A DNA stretch of 31,821 bases from Candidatus Thorarchaeota archaeon (GTDB lineage Archaea > Asgardarchaeota > Thorarchaeia > Thorarchaeales > Thorarchaeaceae): positions 1 to 31,821 of the forward strand of contig JAEORO010000023.1 of the NCBI GenBank assembly GCA_016840855.1. Direction: 5' to 3'. The translations under genes and the position numbers were made by a program. Of the stretch, positions 7,829 to 15,518 are shown piece by piece (the stretch's first letter is position 1; each line of letters begins with the position of its first letter). Under the pieces are notes generated by a model. The model saw only the letters and a list, made by a program, of their open reading frames with translations. It ran no database searches and was not told the DNA's origin.

Positions 7829-9364
7829 ATGTCAATTGGAGGTCTTGAATTACCTATGCTCGTAGTTCGAGCTACTGAAGATCAACCAACTCATGGCATA
7901 AAGAAAGGTGAAGAGTTCCGTTTCTATATCGTGGATGCTCATCATCATATGGGCCGTGAGAAAGGACATCAGAATTCGCCCGCAGGGGCGTATGATTTCT
8001 ATGCACAGCTGTGGTTTGAAATCCAAAAGAAAACTGAACTCCTAATTGAAGATGATGCTCTTCTATTTGAACCAGTGAGTGTTGAAGCACCTGATTTACC
8101 AAATAGATTATTCCAAGGCAAGGATAATTGGACACGATTAAATCATGGTTGGCTAGTTGACCGAACAATTGTTTTCCCGTATACTGATGATTATTCAGCT
8201 CCGACTTCCAAGGGAGATCCTTCTTTCAAGGTGTCGAATGATAAAATCGCTTCTTGGACAAGCAGAGCACCTCATTCATCAAGGTTGATTGGATTTGCTC
8301 GTGTCAATCCTTTAGATGAATCTAACAAAGGTAATCCTATTGCAGTAAACGAACTTGAACGAGCAATATTGGCTTTAGGACTCCGAGGGCTCAAACTCCA
8401 TCCTCTCGCCCAGCTTTTTATTGATTCTATTGAAAAAAATGAACCACGAGAAGTTGTAAAACGAGCAGGAGAACTTGGCGTACCTGTTATTTTTGATACT
8501 CGAAATATACGAACAGTTGTAAGAATCAAACGACTCGTTGATTCGATGCGCAATGACCCAGATTGCGGGAGTGCCATGAGAGGACTTAGAGTCATCCTAG
8601 CACATTGTGGAATGGCTCCAGGTGACTCTCGGCTTTATGAAGCTTTGAAAGACCCAGTGATTTTTGCAGAAACATCTACACTCCATGACCTTGATGTTCC
8701 CGTCCTTTTCAATCAGGCAAGTGAGAGACTAGACGCTTCTAATCTAGAGTGGTCAACAAAGATACTATTTGGTACCGATTATAGCTTTCTCTCAGTTCAA
8801 GCAATAGATATTATTCTCTACATGCTATCCCGAGATTTTCCTGGTTCACTAGCTGATATCCAGAGAGTTCTAGCAGGTAACATGCTTTCGCTCGTTCATA
8901 TTCCCTTTAGGACTTCTACAGGATCTTCTGGTTCTCCAATTGAGTTTGTTTGCCAAGACAAATCGTTCGCTATACAACGTGAGATCGAAGACTCACTTAT
9001 TAAACTCATATCCAAGGGAACATGGGACTTGAATTCTCTCGATTTCATGATTCCACCAATTGGAACTTGGCCAGAACCGACTTCAAGAGAGAAGGGAGCG
9101 TTCAATGGGGTTGAAATGGACTCCTATGTACTTACACTGAAGTCAAAAGAAAACACCAAAGAACTCCATCTATGGATTCGACGCCGCCCTGATAGTTATC
9201 TTAGCTATTCTGTTCTAGCAACTCAAGGGATGACTCGCCTGGAAACGATAGAGAATGCATCTCAGAAAATTAGTCAAGTATTATTAAGGTCAATTTCTGA
9301 CCACTCACAAATGATACATTCCTCAGAGGAATTCAAGTTACATTTGTTAAAGCTTCTTACCTGA
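7829..9364 (+). CDS. Metal-dependent amidohydrolase (Amidohydro_2-type TIM barrel) with extra C-terminal domain
   Basis: Metal-ligand motifs DAHHH, GLKLHP, ILAHCG and LFGTD are intact. About 150 aa of C-terminal extension. Confidence 0.85.
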   Translation: MSIGGLELPMLVVRATEDQPTHGIKKGEEFRFYIVDAHHHMGREKGHQNSPAGAYDFYAQLWFEIQKKTELLIEDDALLFEPVSVEAPDLPNRLFQGKDNWTRLNHGWLVDRTIVFPYTDDYSAPTSKGDPSFKVSNDKIASWTSRAPHSSRLIGFARVNPLDESNKGNPIAVNELERAILALGLRGLKLHPLAQLFIDSIEKNEPREVVKRAGELGVPVIFDTRNIRTVVRIKRLVDSMRNDPDCGSAMRGLRVILAHCGMAPGDSRLYEALKDPVIFAETSTLHDLDVPVLFNQASERLDASNLEWSTKILFGTDYSFLSVQAIDIILYMLSRDFPGSLADIQRVLAGNMLSLVHIPFRTSTGSSGSPIEFVCQDKSFAIQREIEDSLIKLISKGTWDLNSLDFMIPPIGTWPEPTSREKGAFNGVEMDSYVLTLKSKENTKELHLWIRRRPDSYLSYSVLATQGMTRLETIENASQKISQVLLRSISDHSQMIHSSEEFKLHLLKLLT

Positions 9365-9400
9365 CACTGACTTACAATTCTTTATAACTTCAAAATCGGA

Positions 9401-10723
9401 GTGCTTCTCAAAGGACAAGAGGAGGCAAAAGTCATCACCAAGAAACTAACCTTGGAGATAATTGACGGCGGCGACCTTAGAGGTTTTGCTAATGTTCATC
9501 CAAAAATTGCTAAAAAACTAGATGCTGATATTGGATCCATTTTAATATTCGAAGATCCACAGAGTGGCTTTTGGGGTGCAGCTGAGATTAGAATGAGTAA
9601 TGATGCTGCAGAGAACTGTATCATCGTTGACACACTTGTCTTAGAGGCATCACTATTAATGGAAGGCGACCAAGTAGATGTTACACTCTACGACGATGAT
9701 ATGCACGCACTTGAATATGTTGAATTCGGTCTTAAACCATTAACTGAAGATGCGAACACTGAGGATCTTGTTACCAGAGCCGCTGAAAGAGTGAAAGCAT
9801 TGGAAAACATCATTGGCGGCCGACTTGTCTATCCTGGTATGTCCTTCAATTGGCCTGACCTTGATGTGAAAGTCGAGATAATCAATACAAAACCTGAACT
9901 CGCTGGAAAAAGTTTTGCCAAGCTAGCATTTGAGGCACTTCGTGAACGTACTGGTTACCAATTCAAGACTGTTGGTATTGCATCTCCATTTAATGCTGTG
10001 CTTTGTATTGATACAAGTGGTTCAATGAAAACTACTGATGTTCCAGTACAAGATATTGCTCATGCTCGGGAAGGTTTGAAGGACCTTGCTGGTGATAGTC
10101 CAGAGGTTCAGGCTTTTCTTAATAGATTTGAGGAAGGGAAGAATGTCAGCCGAGCCGAAGCTGCTGCTATGGCGGTTCTCCTCTATCTTGCGGAGAAGGT
10201 CGGCCGTGGTTATGGAGAGAAAGTTGGTGTGATTACATTTGAGAAAGAAGTCAGTGAAATGACCTTCCTTAACTCAGACACGGGAGAAGTGCAACCATTT
10301 GTTGAATGTACAGGTCGAGAAAAAGCTCTTGGTCTGCAGATTATCAGCACTCATGTTGTGGATAAGGTAGAAGAAGGCGGAACCCTCACTGATATGGGTA
10401 CAGCTTTGAGTAAGGCTCATGAAATCATGGTGGAATTTAATGACCCTGACAAACCAACAATGCTCATCATGTTAACTGATGGGATGACAACATCCGGCCC
10501 TCCACCACTCAAAGTACTCAAAGAACGTTTTACTGATCGCAGTAAACTTGTGATTTATTCAATTGGCCTAGGTGAACGTAGCGAAATAGATGAGGAACTA
10601 ATGCTAGCAATAGCCCAATATGGTAATGGAAGTTATAGACATGTAGACAATATGCGAGATTTGCTAGAATGGTATGGCAAACTGGCTGGAGAATTTGCTG
10701 TTGTAATACGTGGGTCTGAGTGA
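9401..10723 (+). CDS. CDC48/p97/VAT N-domain + vWA (intact MIDAS) protein
   Basis: RGFANVHPKIAKKLDADIGS...IIVDTLVLEASLLMEGDQVDV and LENIIGGRLVYPG...IINTKP resemble CDC48_N and CDC48_2. vWA has DTSGS, TDMGTAL and LTDG. Confidence 0.85.
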   Translation: MLLKGQEEAKVITKKLTLEIIDGGDLRGFANVHPKIAKKLDADIGSILIFEDPQSGFWGAAEIRMSNDAAENCIIVDTLVLEASLLMEGDQVDVTLYDDDMHALEYVEFGLKPLTEDANTEDLVTRAAERVKALENIIGGRLVYPGMSFNWPDLDVKVEIINTKPELAGKSFAKLAFEALRERTGYQFKTVGIASPFNAVLCIDTSGSMKTTDVPVQDIAHAREGLKDLAGDSPEVQAFLNRFEEGKNVSRAEAAAMAVLLYLAEKVGRGYGEKVGVITFEKEVSEMTFLNSDTGEVQPFVECTGREKALGLQIISTHVVDKVEEGGTLTDMGTALSKAHEIMVEFNDPDKPTMLIMLTDGMTTSGPPPLKVLKERFTDRSKLVIYSIGLGERSEIDEELMLAIAQYGNGSYRHVDNMRDLLEWYGKLAGEFAVVIRGSE

Positions 10724-10728
10724 TTGGC

Positions 10729-11877
10729 CTAGTCTCGAGGTTCGAGAGCTTGAGTTAGCCCTTTCAATGTTTCAAGATCCATCTCTTGAATTTGCTCTTC
10801 AGGTATCCCTTCCAGCATAACCTCAGGGATGCTAATCAAAAGTTCAGCCTTCTCTAATCCATACTTATTGATGAAGACTTCCAATCTTGGATCTTGCATT
10901 TCATCTACTTCTTCTTCAACCTCAACTTCTTCAGGTTCGCTTTCTGCAGTAGACGCAAGGAGCGCCTCAAGTTCGTCCACGCTAAGAGTAGCAAGGGTTT
11001 CATCACCCACTTCTTTTCTTACTTCTGTAGGAAGTTTAGCAATTAACTCATCCTGTGCAGTTTCCTTCTTCTTTTTACGAACTTTCTTTACCTTACGTAC
11101 TTTGACAGCTTTCTTTTTCACTGGCGTTTCTGAAGGTATCGCGACTTTGAGTTTTTGTACAAGTTCCCTAGCTGAAGATGGTGTCAATCGTCTAAGGTCC
11201 TCAGGTGGTAGAGTTTCTCTAAGTTCATCAGGCAATTCGCTAAGAATTTCTTCTACTTCTTCAGAAACCCCACTTATTTTTGGTGTATCAATGCTTGCAG
11301 CCGCTTCTTCAGAAAGAAGGATTGGTGCGCTTTCTAGTTCCTCAGCAAGTGAGGTTATATCAATCTCAACATCAAATTCCTGACTGCGCCAGTTTATATA
11401 ACGATCAATAGCAGATGGTTTCATCTTTATGCTCATTAAGAATCTGTTAATATCTTCCTCAGCCATTTCTGGAAAATCATCAATGAATTTCTGAACATTA
11501 TCCTCACTAATACGAGCCCATACAGGTCCATTCAATAGCTTGGAGAGTCCTGCAGCGCAATGAGACCTAACCCACGTGTTACTGTCTTTGAGACCTTGAA
11601 TCATGTTGGGGATAGTTCTAGGTTGGTGGTAGAACGCCAGTGCCTGAGCTGCAGCTATTCGTACATCCGGCACATCATCCGAGAGAGCCTTTACTACATC
11701 AGTAACAACCAAGGGGTCTGCCAAATCGATAGCAGCGATAAGCGCTCTTTCCCTGACTATATCTGATGGGTCTGAAAAAGCCTTAATCAAGGCGCTACGC
11801 TCAGCTTTGTTTTCCCTAGCAAGCCGCCCAACTTCGTCTGTATCGAATTCCAACAAAAGACTCCGTGTCTTTGCCAA
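10729..11877 (-). CDS. HEAT (PBS-lyase-type) repeat protein with three C-terminal helical repeats
   Basis: Repeats FSDPSDIVRERA, LSDDVPDVRIAAAQAL and LKDSNTWVRSHCAAGL. TTG start after GGAGG. Lys-rich and Glu-rich linkers. Confidence 0.8.
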   Translation of the reverse strand: MAKTRSLLLEFDTDEVGRLARENKAERSALIKAFSDPSDIVRERALIAAIDLADPLVVTDVVKALSDDVPDVRIAAAQALAFYHQPRTIPNMIQGLKDSNTWVRSHCAAGLSKLLNGPVWARISEDNVQKFIDDFPEMAEEDINRFLMSIKMKPSAIDRYINWRSQEFDVEIDITSLAEELESAPILLSEEAAASIDTPKISGVSEEVEEILSELPDELRETLPPEDLRRLTPSSARELVQKLKVAIPSETPVKKKAVKVRKVKKVRKKKKETAQDELIAKLPTEVRKEVGDETLATLSVDELEALLASTAESEPEEVEVEEEVDEMQDPRLEVFINKYGLEKAELLISIPEVMLEGIPEEQIQEMDLETLKGLTQALEPRD

Positions 11878-12076
11878 GAGTACTCCTCCGTGACGTGCTC
11901 GGTATCGTCAACTTTTTACTATATCTATCTGAAGCTTTCTATCTTAATAGCATTAGTTGGGCGAATACTGCCGCCCACTTATATCAGTTAGCACTACATA
12001 TAGAAGTAGTTCTGATGGATTACCAACCGCAGTAAATTTAGGTTGGTAAAAATCTCGACTGAATGAGGCGCCAAAG

Positions 12077-12835
12077 ATGACTAATGATCAGCATTTGCAA
12101 TGGCTTAGATTAATTCTCTTCATGACTGCAATATTACTTATCTTTCTATCAGCTCCGTTTGTAAATATCTTCGTCTTTCTCTTTATGTACATCCTTACTT
12201 GGGCGTTTGTGAAATGGGAGGGTGGTGACTCCATAGTAGAATTAGGACTTGACTTTGACAATCGGTTTTTTCCACACATTACCATAGGTGCAATCGCAGC
12301 AGCGATTTCTGCAATTTTGGTTGCAACCATTGCATTCTTCTTTGGTGGTCAACTTCGCCCTTTTAATGAGATAACTAGTGATTTGATATTTGCTGTTATT
12401 ACAAATGCAGTGCTGTTTTCGTTTTTTGAGGAATTAACACAACGTGGTTATATTTTGACAAGGATGGAGAACTTATTCGGACGTGGATTAGCTATCTTTC
12501 TTAGCTCATTGTACTTTTCGCTTCTTCACTTCAGCTGGTGGGAGCCTGCTGGTTTTAACATAGCATTAATCACCATATTTTCAATTAATATGCTCCTCGG
12601 CGGAGTTGTATTGTCTCTTAGCTACTACTGGTCTGGTCGAAGATTATGGACACCGATTTCGTTTCATTTTATGTGGAATGTACTTGCCTATATTATGTTT
12701 CCATCTTTTCCCCAAGTATCTGTGGTTCAGCCTGAAATCTTTCAAATTGAATGGGGCATAACTACAATCATAGGGTTTCTGGTGGGTCTTTCAATTCTGT
12801 GGACCTTCCTTACTTCAGAGAAAAACAGGGGATGA
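12077..12835 (+). CDS. CPBP family (CAAX/Abi) intramembrane glutamic protease
   Basis: EELTQRGY (EExxxR), FSLLH and HFMWN motifs with multiple TM helices. Confidence 0.9.
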   Translation: MTNDQHLQWLRLILFMTAILLIFLSAPFVNIFVFLFMYILTWAFVKWEGGDSIVELGLDFDNRFFPHITIGAIAAAISAILVATIAFFFGGQLRPFNEITSDLIFAVITNAVLFSFFEELTQRGYILTRMENLFGRGLAIFLSSLYFSLLHFSWWEPAGFNIALITIFSINMLLGGVVLSLSYYWSGRRLWTPISFHFMWNVLAYIMFPSFPQVSVVQPEIFQIEWGITTIIGFLVGLSILWTFLTSEKNRG

Positions 12836-12861
12836 AGGGCACGGAGATTTCCGTCCCCTTC
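12834..12861. terminator. Hairpin between convergent genes
   Basis: GAAGGGCACGGA-gatt-TCCGTCCCCTTC, a 12-bp stem with one mismatch. Confidence 0.55.
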
Positions 12862-12875
12862 CAAAATTATACACT

Positions 12876-13568
12876 CTATTGATCCAAACTGGGAATATCA
12901 TCCGGTCTTCGCACATACATAGTGATACCAGTTATGTGATCGATGACAACTCTTTCACCAGTTTTTATTGGTGGACCTAATGTTCTTGCCCACCAAATCT
13001 CAGCACCAGTTTTTACCTTCCCCTTGGGGTCCAGGTCTGTGACAGCATGAATGTCTGCGTACTTGAATTGAGAATATGTTGGCCATTTATCATAGTCTCT
13101 AAGAAATGCAAAATAGAGAAGCATCAAACTGAAGACGGTACCTGCCATGATGTAGACTGTAAGCTGACGTGTTTCATCGATGAGAACAGACAGGAAAATC
13201 GCTACACCATAAAGTGGGAATAACTTCAATGAAACCTTAGCATCAATAAAACCGCCCTCAACAAAGCTACTTCCACCTGTGAACATGGTAAACATGAGAT
13301 ACAAAACGCCAAAGATTATCAGAAGCATCCAATCATCAAATGAAAAGTCCGAAATCCAAACCTGAAAGACAAAAAGAATGATTACAAGTGGTACAGTCAC
13401 TTGTGCCATAGCCTTGCCAGTTGCAGGTTCTAAAGTGATTACCAAAAGAGTGAGAAGCACTCCTAATATCATCAAACCATAGAATGGATTGATGAGTAGG
13501 AGAGGCATGACCATGCTCAGCGCTGAGAACATGATCATGACTACAACGATCTTTATCCAAGCATCCAT
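12876..13568 (-). CDS. NfeD-family membrane protein (TM helices + C-terminal OB fold)
   Basis: C-terminal AVTDLDPKGKVKTGAEIWWARTLGPPIKTGERVVIDHITGITMYV. Lies directly downstream of an SPFH gene. Confidence 0.85.
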   Translation of the reverse strand: MDAWIKIVVVMIMFSALSMVMPLLLINPFYGLMILGVLLTLLVITLEPATGKAMAQVTVPLVIILFVFQVWISDFSFDDWMLLIIFGVLYLMFTMFTGGSSFVEGGFIDAKVSLKLFPLYGVAIFLSVLIDETRQLTVYIMAGTVFSLMLLYFAFLRDYDKWPTYSQFKYADIHAVTDLDPKGKVKTGAEIWWARTLGPPIKTGERVVIDHITGITMYVRRPDDIPSLDQ

Positions 13569-13599
13569 TTTTCATCCTCCTACTCACAGGTCAAAGAAA

Positions 13600-14457
13600 C
13601 TACTCGTCAGTTCCTTTGTCCTTCGGTACTCTTAGTCCTCCAGTCCCCGCTGATAGGGCAACAGATGTCCCCGCAGCCATTCCCACTTCTGGGAGGTTTG
13701 TTGGGACCATGATGATTAAGTTAGCATTCTTAGAGATTTCCTGCATGATGTTCCATTGACGAAGCATGAAACCTACGCTTGACTCTTCATAGATTCGAGC
13801 TGCTTTCAACATATTCTCAGACGCCTCAAGCTCAGCTGTGGCTAAAGTAATTCTGGCTCGGCGCTCTCTTTCAGCCTGAGCTTCTCGACTCATTGCATCC
13901 TGAAGGGCTGATGGAATTACGACGTCACGAATCTCAACGCTAGTGACCTTCACACCCCAATGCTCTGTCTTCTCATCAATAAGCTCTTGGAGATGGCCCG
14001 CAATCTGGTCTCTTTCAGAGAGGAGTTGGTCAAGGGTAACCTTTCCTGTCGTTTCTCTTAGAGTTGTTTGTGCTGCAAGCTCTACCGCAACAGTATATCT
14101 TTCAACACTGAGGATTGCTTTCTCAACATCGATGACACGGAAGTACATTACAGCATCAACGACTACTGGTACATTATCTTTTGTTAGTGATCTCTCTGTC
14201 TTGAATGCGTAGGTAAGAAGCCTGAGTGAAACTTTCATAGCTACTCTATCAAGAATGGGCGTGACCCAGATTACTCCTGGTCCTCGTATGTGTTTGAATT
14301 TTCCAAGTCTGAGTATAGCAACGCGCTCCCACTCTTTCAAGACCTTAATTCCACTTGCGACGAACATTAGTATGAAGAATATGAGCACGATGACTAACAT
14401 CATTACCAAATATGAATCAAATATGAACTGCAATTCTTGTTTGCTCCTTCCTTCCAC
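13600..14457 (-). CDS. SPFH/band-7 stomatin-like (slipin) protein
   Basis: EWERVAILRLGK, GPG, LTKDNVPVVVDAVMYFRV, WGVKVTSVEIRDV and AQAERERRA. Start may be TTG at 14433. Confidence 0.95.
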   Translation of the reverse strand: MEGRSKQELQFIFDSYLVMMLVIVLIFFILMFVASGIKVLKEWERVAILRLGKFKHIRGPGVIWVTPILDRVAMKVSLRLLTYAFKTERSLTKDNVPVVVDAVMYFRVIDVEKAILSVERYTVAVELAAQTTLRETTGKVTLDQLLSERDQIAGHLQELIDEKTEHWGVKVTSVEIRDVVIPSALQDAMSREAQAERERRARITLATAELEASENMLKAARIYEESSVGFMLRQWNIMQEISKNANLIIMVPTNLPEVGMAAGTSVALSAGTGGLRVPKDKGTDE

Positions 14458-14567
14458 CTACATGATTGTAGACGAATGGTCGAAAAGAGTCCGAAGACCC
14501 TGTTCCTGTAAGACAATTTGTGTGAACTCTTAAGAAGCTTCGTCTCCGTGTATTGAAGAAGGAAGGT

Positions 14568-14596
14568 GTCGGAGGAATTCCCGTTTTTCCTCCGAC
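14568..14596 (-). terminator. GC-rich hairpin downstream of the ECF S-component gene
   Basis: GTCGGAGGAA-9 nt-TTCCTCCGAC, a perfect 10-bp stem followed on the minus strand by a pyrimidine tract. Confidence 0.6.
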
Positions 14597-14634
14597 GAAT
14601 TGAGCTCTAAGCTCCTTCGACTTTTTCGTGCGAG

Positions 14635-15423
14635 CTAGATTTCCTCCTCACTAAGTTCAAGCAACTCATAATGTCCTACACGCGATAATGGCAGACCGAA
14701 ATCTGCTCGTGCGAGCACTTCGGCCAATGCGATTAAGACAAGTGCGACAACTACGGAACCAAGTAGACGTTCGATAGGTATCAGCGGGATACCTAAAGCA
14801 AACCCTGCAGCTAAAGCTTCAGGAGGTGCCCCAAGCAGACTGAAATAATACGCTCCAATCGTTCCACCAACTACATTGTCTAATGTGACCGCTACTATGC
14901 TCAGCAACCATAAAGACACAATACCCGTTACTCTATTGAAATTCTTATCTAGCATCAATGGTTCTATCAATTTCTTCGAAAGTCCTGGCATGAAGAAGGC
15001 TATTGAAAGAATGAAGACAACAAAGTGGAACATAATGAAATATGGGATATAAACTCCGATTGGACTAAAGAGAAACAAGTCCATTGCCAGAATATAGAAT
15101 ATCGGAACTAACAGTCGCCATTTTGTTCTCATAACACCAGCTGCAAAAGCACCAGCTGCGGTAGCAATCGCAGTAAATGGTCCTATTAGCGCAATCGAAG
15201 GGTTGATGAACAATGCAATGATGGATCCAATAAAGACTGCAATGACACCAAAGAATGGACCAAGTAAGAATCCCACGATTGGAGCTGAGATGAGACCAAA
15301 TGTAATTTCACCAGTTCCTGCGACAGCTATTGAGTATGGGATTAATGTGATCACAAGATGAACAGCAGCAAATATCCCAGTTAATGCCCATGGATATGTC
15401 TTGGAATGTGTTAGGTTTGACAT
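14635..15423 (-). CDS. ECF transporter S-component (substrate unknown)
   Basis: ALTGIFAAVHLVITLIP...APIVGFLLGPFFGVIAVFIG pattern and IPIERL near the C-terminus, with multiple TM helices. Confidence 0.75.
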   Translation of the reverse strand: MSNLTHSKTYPWALTGIFAAVHLVITLIPYSIAVAGTGEITFGLISAPIVGFLLGPFFGVIAVFIGSIIALFINPSIALIGPFTAIATAAGAFAAGVMRTKWRLLVPIFYILAMDLFLFSPIGVYIPYFIMFHFVVFILSIAFFMPGLSKKLIEPLMLDKNFNRVTGIVSLWLLSIVAVTLDNVVGGTIGAYYFSLLGAPPEALAAGFALGIPLIPIERLLGSVVVALVLIALAEVLARADFGLPLSRVGHYELLELSEEEI

Positions 15424-15448
15424 TACTGATATACCACATATTATTTAT

Positions 15449-15491
15449 TCAGTGTAGTTCAGTAAACTACATAGGTACGATTGTACACTGA
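15449..15491. promoter_or_regulatory. Candidate operator: nested inverted repeats in a divergent promoter
   Basis: TGTAGTT-N5-AACTACA at 15453-15471, and TCAGTGTA...TACACTGA at 15449-15456 and 15484-15491. Confidence 0.5.
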
Positions 15492-15518
15492 TTCTACAAA
15501 ATAAACCGATATTTATGG

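Noticed and set aside
10829-11383. 184-aa Ser-rich ORF on the + strand
   Set aside because: Antisense shadow of the Glu/Lys-rich HEAT gene. The poly-Ser/Phe arises from the complement of GAA/AAG codons.
1327-11877. Interpreting the vWA cluster as Sec23/24, MoxR-vWA, Mg-chelatase or a known defence system
   Set aside because: No Sec23 zinc finger or gelsolin domains, no AAA+ Walker motifs, and no kinase/PP2C or nuclease partner in the cluster.
11958-11977. TGGGCG-N8-CGCCCA inverted repeat in the HEAT/CPBP divergent gap
   Set aside because: Only a 6-bp stem with no second copy, too weak to call an operator or terminator.
12067-12075. GGCGCCAAA, the reverse complement of the canonical E2F site TTTGGCGC, upstream of the CPBP gene
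   Set aside because: A single short match that overlaps the SD region. One occurrence in 32 kb is within chance expectation.
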